A stretch of DNA of 64,000 bases from Phoronis australis (taxonomy: Eukaryota; Animalia; Phoronida), in assembly GCA_002633005.1 (NCBI GenBank), contig NMRA01000002.1:1137278-1201277 (forward strand), read 5' to 3'. Position numbers and translations under genes: made by a program. Positions 38,401 to 49,600 of the stretch are shown piece by piece. The notes beneath the pieces are model-generated. The model was given only the letters and a program-made list of their open reading frames with translations, was not told where the DNA came from and made no database searches. Positions within the stretch are counted from its first letter, which is position 1. Each line of letters starts with the position of its first letter.

Positions 38401-39976
38401 AGACAACCTGCCAATATTTCTCACCTGATAACATGCTTACCTTGGAACTCTATATAGCAAATAAATTTATTCCCAACTAAATCATAATTGTCGATCAAAC
38501 CATAGATCAAATCCAGTACTTAACTTATCAGACAGTTCAACACTAAGCTTTGCAAAGTGTCCCACTTGAAAAAGTCCATGGAGAAACATGCCTGATATGA
38601 AGACTTGGTCTGCAACACTTCCTTATCAATCCTCTGTTAATATCTTATTACATAATATTTTGTTAATTATATTCGTATAATAGGGGAAATCAAACACAAC
38701 GATGCCATCAAGTAATCTGCCAACAATCTCACATACCTGAAACCTTCCTCAGAACAGTAACAACCTATACATATCACAATCCTAAAACTTTTAATTATAA
38801 AATGTACTGCAGCGAATATAGTAGCAAAAATAAATACTCAAAACAATCAACCATAATGATAAAACAATGTGACCAAACAATGGTCCAGGCCAAGTACGTC
38901 TTTCAAAAACCAACATTTCTTGCACAAGTAAACCTGCCATGTCCGCTGAGAAATGTCTTACATCTCAAACAACAAACTCAGTAATGTACATTGGTTTCAA
39001 ATATTAAACTGGTTTGAGGTGATGCCATAATAATTCGCATTGACAGATTTGATGATCAAGTGATTCATTTGATTCACTACTAAATTCGTGCTAGATAATG
39101 TTAAAAGCCAGTTTGCAAATTCTTCCATCACTTAGCTGCTTTCCACGATGCGTTTACTGGTAAAAATGTGCACATATTTATAAAAACTCACTGACATTCA
39201 AGCCGACTGCGAATTTCACTTTTGATGTTCAGTTACAGTTCTGTCCTCTAAGGCTCAAAAAGCTGTCTCAATAACTCGATAAGCTCCAGGAAGGCAAACA
39301 TAAATCTATGGACAATGAATTTTGTCATGCTTTCAACGAATTTCTTTGTTCAGTGTTATGTAAGGCCTTGCTGACATGTCTGTGTATTTATCCAAGGATC
39401 TACAAACTGGAAGTTTTAGATCCACAAAAGTATATGTTGTACGTAAGTAGAAATGCTGAAGAATCTGATTTTTTACTTTTTCACCAATTTGCCATCAATT
39501 GGGTCGCATGATCATGTATTTTTAGTAAAATTTAGCAAAAAGGAAAGGAACATTGATAGGAAATAAAAATCGTATTTCAGAAATCCCTAATGAGAAACAT
39601 CTTAAAATCAATTCCTAAATGTATTTTGGAGACCTGATGATGAAGCGTGGTACAGTATAGTATCTGACGAAGTTTCAGAAGGATCCAATCAGCTCTTTGC
39701 AAAGTCAGCCAAATTGTGAACATTTTTCTAAGGTCTTACATAACCTCAACAAGGCACAATCCTCTCTATCAAATGTAGTTGCTAAACCAGTCAGTGCGGC
39801 AGAGCTAACTGTTAATCACCAGTCTGTAGTCGCTTTTATACAAGAGACAGTCAAAAATGGCCACCGCAGTGTCAACTTGCTCCGTGTCAGTCGTGTTTAC
39901 ACACACACTTGCACCTGATCAGCTGTTCCGTGTTAATTGGTCCGTGAGTCGTGTCTCGTGTATAAGCAACTAGTTT

Positions 39977-40262
39977 GACTGAGATAACTGTCAGCCCCCA
40001 GTCAGTGTGACTGAGATAACTGTCAACCGCCAGTCAGTGGGAATGAGATAACTGTCAACTGCCAGTCAGTGTGACAGATAACTATCAACTGCCAGTCAGT
40101 GAGGCAAGGATAACTGCCAACCACTAGTCAGGGTCACTCAGATAACTGTCAACCACCAGTCAGGGTCACTCAGATAACTGCCAACCACTAGTCAGGGTCA
40201 CTCAGATAACTGTCAACCACTAGTCAGGGTCACTCAGATAACTGTCAACCACTAGTCAGGGT
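39977..40262. repeat. Minisatellite, ~32 bp x 9, in the probable Unkempt 3'UTR
   Basis: Unit actcagataactgtcaaccactagtcagggtc; the right-hand copies are nearly identical. Confidence 0.9.
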
Positions 40263-40630
40263 AGCAGGGTTAATAATAGTCCTCTCAAACAACACTAGTC
40301 AAAATAACTCTGCCATATCAATTTTGCATTTATTCATTTCCTACTATTTAGACAAGAATGGGAGCTGGCCTAGAGTTAAAGCTCTGCCTCAGTTCGTCTG
40401 CACACAGCCAGTCAGGAGCCAGTATTTATCAATTGTTTTTTTGTATTGACATTAGAAACCAACCTTTGACCTGTATACACGCTGCAGTTTCATTCTCCAA
40501 CAGAAGTGTCATTCTAAAAAACACAAGAGATCGCTCTTTCCATGATTACCAACAGATGGCAACGTTCACAGGGGCTAACATAGTCCAAAGTACTCTTGGC
40601 ACAATTTAAAAATCCTAAAAAGTGTGTATA

Positions 40631-43600
40631 TTATAAGGGCAGCACTACACTGGACTTGTGTGTGATGGGTCCCCTACAGTAGGGACACTGCCGACAATTG
40701 AGGGCACAGTTGTCACAGAGAACACAGTGGTTACACGGCATCACAGCCACGCTTCGGTTCCTCTCCTGACACAGTAAGCATTTCATGGCCGAGCACTGAT
40801 AGACCAGCTGAAAATAAAAACAAGAGACGTACTACAACAGAAACTATGTCAATATGAATATAATAGATGACTTGTGTCCTACTTCTACTGAAGACATGGC
40901 ACTAATGTCTTCAGACAAAAATTACACAAACCCGATATAATGCTTGAACATTAGCACCAAGATGACAGTGTAAGTGACAAAGTACAAATAGCCTCACTTG
41001 GTGTCGCCCTACGTAGCTCCATTTCATGTGGACACTCGTAATGGCTACATAACACATTTATTATTACAATTTAATACAGGACATTTCCCAGGGCTCTCTC
41101 AACCTATGGTGTAGTGTAATCAAGGTTTTCAACCAAGGTCGTCCAGTCAAACCTCCTTGCAACCATGATATGGTGATATGAACAGTTTGTAAAAGCAGAA
41201 GCCACACTTAAAACATACAAATGAAACCATTCACAACAGAAGCTGTAGTCGGAGGCATACAAAAGTCAACCATTATCTGTGCTCTTTTCTATTTGAACAC
41301 ATCTGTCAAACTTTGATCCTTCAAATGGTCCATTGACGAAAAAGTGGGCACCAAAAAGATGACATGAAGCAGATGCAAACAACTACAACTGCCACTAGAT
41401 GGCACAGCAGTGAACAACTTTGCCTGAAAGTCATCACCATCCTTCACCGTGTTCACAGAACACAACTGCCAAACTTCACAAAGGTCCTGCAAGCCTTTAG
41501 ATACAGCAACAGACTGGTTGAATGTCAAGAAAGTGGTAGCTAGAGGCCCCCCCATATAGGCATACGGAGGCACATTATATGGCTAACAATCACCACGGTT
41601 GCCCCATATTAGTCTTGCAATAGGACATAAACACAGCTCACCTCATCCAACTTTTCGAGATCATTCCTTAACTGTTGTTGAAGGTACTTTAGCTGACTCA
41701 GCGATAACAGCTCTAGCTCAGCGTTAGTCTGCAGACACTTCAGAAATGGACCAGCACTCAGACGACCCACTTCAACTTTTAACTTAGACAGCTGCACCAG
41801 CGCCTAGAAAATATTACCCTAGTATTTGTAAGGCATGTAGTATCGTAACCTGTTCTAAGTAGAAAACAGTTTGGGAGCAAAGACCACTGCTATGTCTGGA
41901 TCCCCATCCGGGGTCACCGCTGAACTCAAAGGGATGGGCCTTGGCTCGGGACCACTCAACATGCATGCTGATCAGATAACAAATGTAAAAAGTAGTCTGT
42001 TCGCTTAATATTAACATAGAGCCTGGTCTAATTGATGTATCGCAAGCTCCGCCCCCTAGCAAAAAGTAACACGGCACCTGACAAACAAACAATAAGTTTA
42101 CCCGACAGTGTGTGGTTTGTCGAGTAAAATGGCGGCTTGGAAACAAAGATGTGTCAAGCATGCTGCGTTATGATTGGTCAGTTAAGTCGTCACTCAAAAT
42201 CCTGACAATAAGTCACTTGGCTCCCAACAAAATAATGTTTTTGTGAACTATTCATTTAATAACATGAAAATACTAAGACAGGGGTGTTTACAGTACACAC
42301 GATCTAAGAGTCAAGCAGATCAACCAATGACATTTCACCACATCAATGTAATGCCAAGTATGTCAACAAATAAGTTCAGAGTTCACGTTAATCTAAGGGG
42401 CAACACCTTCAATGTTTTGCCGAGTTTGTTTGTAAACTATGAAACAAGAAGCACAAAAATTCTTGTAACTATTACTTTTAACCTGATTTAAACTTGTACA
42501 AAGGTTTAATGTTTTTCAGGTTCTAATTAAAAAATTAGTCACCATGTTTGTGTGATTAAAAAGTAAATGTTGGCCTTGAAGTAACAGCCCTTAACTGCAA
42601 AACAAACTCATAAAGTTTGCTTTTCAGATATTCAAACACTTTTGCCGTACCTCGTCTCTCGTTCTTATTGCTTGATTTCTGCTTTCTTCGGCAAGTTTCA
42701 CTTTACGCGTGGCTTCTTCTGCTTCTGTCTTCCAAGCTTCACAAGCCTGCCAACGACACAATAGATTACAACATACAGCACATATTGTTAATCCGCCAGT
42801 TTCAACCAACCACAGCAGCTAACATCCGTCTTGTTCTCTTCTTACTCAGACTAACAGATCTGAAGAAAACTGCTTCACAAAATGCAACCAAGGGATATAT
42901 CAGCGACTCAGGAACAAGAAATGCAAGGTGTTTTGTGCATATTAACCTCACCCATTCTGACCTAAATATATGTGTAGTCCCATTTTCTGCGAAGCTTTGG
43001 ATAATTATAACTAAGCTAATTAACAAGCCATGTTGAAAAAAATGTTAAGACTTGACAGGTTCCTACACTTGCCTGGAGTTTTCAGGCCAAAACTCTAACA
43101 AATAAAACAATGTTTTAATGTTTAAACCCTGTAAGCAGAAGCAAGCCGAACAGACAACTGCTAATACTACTTCAGTAACGTTTAAATCAACTTACACTTC
43201 TTGCCTGGGCAATGCCCTCTTCCCAGGAAGCAAGTTTTGACTTGTTCACCGCTAACTCGTCACGTAACCTCTGCACTTCACTACCGTACGTTCCATTGCT
43301 ACTGTTAAACAGGGGTGATTGGCTACCACTGGTGTTGGCTTGTGGAGACGCCGAGTTGAAGTCGGAGTAACTAGGTGCTGCATACAGGCCAGGATTGGGC
43401 TGACTCAGAAACGCAGCTTGAGCCTGCAGTAGACAAGAGTTGGAGTGAGCAAGACTACAGCAAGAGCATGCAGCTTAACGATGACATGTCTCATTAAAAC
43501 AGTGAATATTTAAATTTGTAGTAAGCACCACCAAAAGACCTCCTGGAGAACTGTGCGCACAAGTATAATCAGGAAAAAACAATTTGTAAATAAAGAAAAC

Positions 43601-46600
43601 ACCAAAACTGATACACTTATAAACAAGTGCAAACATAAAAACCCATAGTAACTGCAAATATTATGCAATTGTTATTTGATAGTGAAATAAAAAAATAATA
43701 AAAACTGTGCCTTGTTTCATTACGGTAATGTTGAAATACTACCATACTCATTTACATAAACAAGAGCAACGCGGAGCATTGAAATGTGCCCACGAATGCA
43801 TCACAAATGGTGTGCTTTTGGGGGGTTTTGTTTGTATCATCGAAATGGTCACTAGATGGCACAAAATTCATCGAATCCGTCTGAAAACCAGAAAATGTCA
43901 CCGTTTCTTTAAAAGAAAGCCATTTACAACAACAAAAATGGCCACTAGGTAGTGCAAACTACGAATCCATCCGAAAACGAGAGGATAGCATCATCTAACT
44001 AATAGATGTCTATGTGCCAAATTTTATGGAAATCCGTTAAGAACCTTTGAAGATACAGAGGTAAACGTAAAAAAACAAAATTGCAACTAGGGGGCACACC
44101 GATACACCGATCTGTTCGAAAGTCATCGTCGTTTGTTGTCAACTTCATATAAGTACATTTGCTAAATTTAATAAAGATCCTTGTAGAAGGTTTAGGAGAT
44201 ACAGCCATGGGAGCAAAAACAAACAAAACTACCACTAGGAGGCGCCACTGTAGTCGAAGTCATCGGAAAATCGTCGTCAACTGTCTTCCTCATAGTAAGA
44301 ACACACATGCCAATTTTCACAATCATCCTTAAAGTGGTTTGGTTGTTAGAGGGGTGGACGCCAAAAAAATGACTCGGAAAACAGTAAAAACGGCCACTAG
44401 ATGGCGCAAAATGCCTCGAATCCATCCATAAACGAGAGGGTAGCGTCAACTCATTAAAAGATTCCTATGTGCCAAATTTCACAAAAATCGGTTGAGGACC
44501 TTTGAAGATACAGAGGCAAATGTAAAAATCTAAAATTGCCACTAGGGGGCACAGTGGTATTCGGGTTGGTCCGAAACTCGTCGCCCTCTGTCCTCAACCC
44601 CATACGAACACACTTGCCAAATTTCAATAAGATTCTGCAAGGGGTTTAGGAGATACAGCCACGGACGCCCAGACGCCCAGGCAGAGATGACAGCAATATG
44701 TGACCACAGATAAAAAAGTGGGCACATAAAAATAGTCTCGCAAAACGAGACTTTGCGAGATTGTAATGGTAACAAGTTCTCAGACGGTTTCCGGCACACT
44801 GGAGGACCCGCTGTTGTTTGTAAATTAGTACTTCATTTGCATGTTCACAATTTAATGAGACTATTCGTTTTTAAACCTGCAGCTGGAGAGCAGCATGAGC
44901 AAAGGATACAGCAAGTCAAGTCATGTTAATAGTATTTGGAGAGATTTCTCGAAAAGTTGAAAATTATCGTCATAATTCATGTTTTATTAAACCTGCAATA
45001 GGAAACACAGAGTACATGGTAAGAACAGTGACAGATGGCGAACGTTTCTGTCAGCATTCCTGAAGCTCTCACCAACATTGCCATAAATAAAGACCACTTT
45101 CCATGAAAAGTACTCTACACAGAGTTCAGAATTTGCAGAGTCAATCGTGAGTTCAAGCTCACACAGGAAAATGTGTGAGGACAGGCAGCAACAGAATAGA
45201 AGTTAACAATTGCAATATTTAATTACTTCACTCTTATATACAGTAACTTAAGCCCTTTTATGTAGAAGTCCCTAAAATAAAACATTGCTTTTGTTGTCTC
45301 AAGTATGACAACAGGGTATCAGCATTAAAGCAAAAATGGAAGTTCTAAAAACTTTGAAGTCCAAAACTGATTCTTTTCCAACATGCCCCTTTAAGTTCCA
45401 TCAATGTGCTACATCTCCCTCCCCCACCGCTACATCTCCTCCCTCTCCTCCACTACATCTCCTCCCTCCCCCAACACGTCATTGTTACCTGCTCCAACTG
45501 CACTTCCTGTTTCTGTTTCGAGGGGGCAAGCACTGCACTTAAACTGGACATGGGCGAGGGTGGCGACTGTGACAGACTACCCACAGTGCTGCGGGGCGTC
45601 TCACTACACGGGATGCTGACCGGGTTAGATGTGGCTGTGCCAGAAAAACCTGTGAGTGGGAAGAGGCGTAATGACAACTTAGTAAAGATAATTGTGCTTT
45701 GTGATACAGTCTAAAGAAGTACTTGTTCGTTCCAAGAATGCTTCTGTGCATTATTATATCATACCACTTTAAATAGTGACAAGAGTTCACGTGTTTAATT
45801 CACAGTCACAGTTATTACTCCTATCCTTTGCACATATAATGCATGTCATTAATCTGTACTTATATCAATAGTTAATCATAAGACCACACATGGTAAGCTA
45901 CTCACCAGCTGAAGAGGAGAAGCCAGCACTTAGTGAACTACTAACAGAGTTGGTGTCATTATCACCATCAGCCTCTATACTCAACGCTCCCAGGTCAAAA
46001 TTTAAGGTCAGCTGTGATTCATCTAAAGCATTGCCTGAAAAGAAGGAGTCAAAGCACTAATTCAACTCAACTAACACGCAACTACAGAACAGGAATTTGT
46101 GAAAACAGAACCACCCATAAGTGGATTCATGTGTTCAACCGTACGTGGTACATAGGGTCCAAAATCAGTCAGGAAAAAGTCTAAAGTCATGACAATAGAC
46201 TTAGTTTCGAAGCAAAAATTTCCCCAAATGGATGGCAGTTGGCAGAAATGAGGATTTGGGAGAGCTAGGATATGTCACTTTAACCTTTGTATGAATTCCT
46301 CTCAACAAAAGTTCAATGCCAAAACTGCAGATTCAATTCACTTTTCACTACTAAATTCTTGTTTAATTTTGATACAGAGAACGCACTCAAATAAGCTTAG
46401 TGTATTGTATCGAGACCCCGGACAGATTGCTAGTGACTTACCTACAACAGACTCCACTGTATCACCGGGAGGGAAGAACGGGCGAGCCAGGGGCGACATA
46501 ACAGTGGATACTGGTGTGGTAGAGGGGCTGCTGGTAGAGCCACGCCCGTTGGTGCTAGCCAAGGAATACTGTTGCTGCAGCTTGCTCCTCTCCCCACCAG

Positions 46601-49600
46601 TCAGGCCAGTTTCAGAGTCTATTGCTTGCAGCTGTTGTCGCAGTTTGTTCTGAAACTGCAAATAAGAGAGACCCATGAATGAATGTTGGGAATTCCATGA
46701 AATTGATGAGTGAATGCTCGAGATTCTATAGTGCTGTAGGTAGATCAGCTCCTCCACGCGATTGATTTACTGAACATTAACTCAGACTTGCTTACGTTCT
46801 AAGATCGGCAACTCAGTTAGGGTCTGGTAGCTTTCTAATCTTTCCTCCTCATCAAAACAAGGACTAATCTTCACAGAAAACAGACAAATAAGTACGCTGA
46901 CAGTGGAGGTTGAAAACAACTTTGATCAAGGCAGTGCATTTAAGCCAAAACCTCTCGCCTGTGTGCAGGATGCTTTAACCACAGATCACCCACAGTATGA
47001 AGAACAGGACAGTCAGTTACTATTACCTACCTGTGAATCCTCACGCTCAGAGCCTGGCGCCCTTGGATAGATTCCTACACTGCTAACATCCGATATACTA
47101 CTCGACGTGCTACTTGACCTTCCCTTGCCTATGGGCTCTGGCAATGGTTGGCTTTGAGAGTAGGAACCAGCCAATGTTTGGGTCTGAGAGTAAGAACCGG
47201 TCATGCTCATTGGTATACTGGAGCCCTATTATAGAAGAAATAAGAAACAATGCCATCAGAAATGAGTTAATAGGGTTTGAAAATGACAACAAACCATAAA
47301 CCTTATAACAATATATGTCTGCCCCAGTTCATCATCCAGGCAACATCAAATTTTGGAGTACTATATCTTATCTGAACATTAACCTGACAATAGACACGCC
47401 ATTTTGATGTTTCATTTTATTCACAGGAATTCTTGCTGCTATGTAACAAAAGGCAACACAACCCTACACTGCTGACCACGTTTGCATCAATAATATGCCC
47501 TACCTTTTGATACATTGCAATCACCAGCAATAGAACATCACAGACAGGACATTTCCTTTAGGGCTGTTCCAGTAAAATCCGTGTGGGAGGGGGGGGACGG
47601 CAGTAGAAATAAAAATTCATGGGTGGTGGTCTTCAGAAAAAAACACAAATTATGGGTGGTCGTTCCTGTAAGAAGTGATGCATTAAAAATGGGTGGTATT
47701 TTTTGACCTGTTAATGTTGACAGGTTGGTTACTTCAGCCCTCAAAACTCAAAACAATCCAATACAGAAAAGCCCATATTGCTAGTGAACAGAGTGCAATA
47801 TGTTCACTGAGCCATTAATCAAGTCATGGGCAACTTGATTTGAGCCAACTGCTTGTCTGCAGTCCTATTGAATTGAAAAGTTATGCAACACTAAACTGGT
47901 GTTAACACAAAAAAGAAAATTGATGATTTTTAAATAAAAAGTATGAGGAGTAAGATAAACAAGTTCCAATATTCACTTGACATAGAAGTATAAAAGAGTT
48001 CGTGGAGACAGTTTGAGATTGATAGATCCTTATAATTGAAAAAATGTTCATTGAAATTATAGACACATGGTGAACAGAGACACCTGGTGGCTGCCAGAAG
48101 TATTGCTCACAGGCTACTTTAGTTTTTGACAATATTGGTTCTGGTCTGTCAATCATCTAAGTTCTTAACAGGTCCTCCTGGAGGCAATTTCTTTGCAAGT
48201 GTTGGATTTTATATTTTAACCTATTAAAAATAATTTAAAAATTATGGGTCATGGGTTGGAGAAATAAATGAAAATTATGGGCGGTGGGTACGAAATAAAA
48301 GTGCCTTCCCACCCCTCCCATACAGATTTTGCTGGAACAGCCCTTACTGAAAACTATCTCAACTAAAAGTTTACATATTTATATAAAAGTTCAAGGTCAA
48401 CTAATAGAATTAGCTCATCAGTTAATATGAAGCCGGCCCGCAGAGCTTCCAGACTCGAGCACGAATTGAAAAATTCTATGCAGCAACCTATTAGGCAAAG
48501 TTCAGCTCATCAAATGCTGGTGACAACTTCAGCCCAAATGGCTCACTTACCAAAGTCTTCAAATTTTAGTCGCTGAATTAGCCAAGCGCGGCCTCAAGTT
48601 ACAAGTTTTCTGCACCTTACAAACAAATTTGACCATTTTGAACATTCTCTGTACATGTAGGCACCAAAATATAACTTTCTCCACTCTCTTAATGAAATGT
48701 GGTCACAAGGGCATTTGTGTGAAAAAATATCTTCATGAGGCATATGTTATCTGATCAGAATCGGGAAAATCTCATTGCCATTACTGGCCAATCATAGATT
48801 GTTATTTTCCACATGACATCACAGAAAACTGAATGAGATATCCTTATTTGGAAAATGGTGATGGTCCTTGTTTACTGTTGACCAGGAAGCTGCTTTACGT
48901 AACACAGACGATTAGAAAAAACCTATAACCCTGTCACACGCTAATTCAACATGAAACCAACAGGGTTCCACGACACATCACACAGTTGTGCGAAATATAA
49001 CAAAACAATAGAATTCTGCGACTTTAGATACAGGACTTGTTCCTTTCAGTTATTTCACAGAAATGATCTCACAGATCGAAACGGGTATCAAAGCATGCCC
49101 TTAAACCAATGGGTGATTCTGAGGAATCCAATAAGCTGAGCCCCCTTATATGGATAGTCAGCTAATGAGGTCCAATCTAACAGAAATTGTGCAGCTTACC
49201 AAGTCATGATACTGTGCTCAATCTCATCAATATGGCAACATTAACTTACACTAGAAGTACTGTTTGTCCTTTCCTTTCCGATAGGGTGTGGCAATTTATT
49301 ATTGTTGTTATTACTTTCTTTCACAAATTGGAAATCATTAGTCTGCAAATAAAAAACAGACAAATTAAGACTACTTCAGATACAATGAGGTCATGCTTCA
49401 AAGATTATTTGCCGATGTGAAATTTCATCCACAAAGAAACAGATGTCCAACCATACAAGAATAATGTTGAGCATTAAAATCCACCCACAATGCACTGCAA
49501 ACGGTGCTTCTAGGGGGATTTATCAGCATTATATCAATGGCCAAGAGATGCCACAGATTATAAGAATACATTTGTCAAATTTCAATAAAATCTTTCTACG

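Noticed and set aside
39977-40262. Regular ~32-bp repeats resembling a CRISPR array
   Set aside because: There are no unique spacers and no cas genes, and the context is eukaryotic. It is a plain minisatellite.
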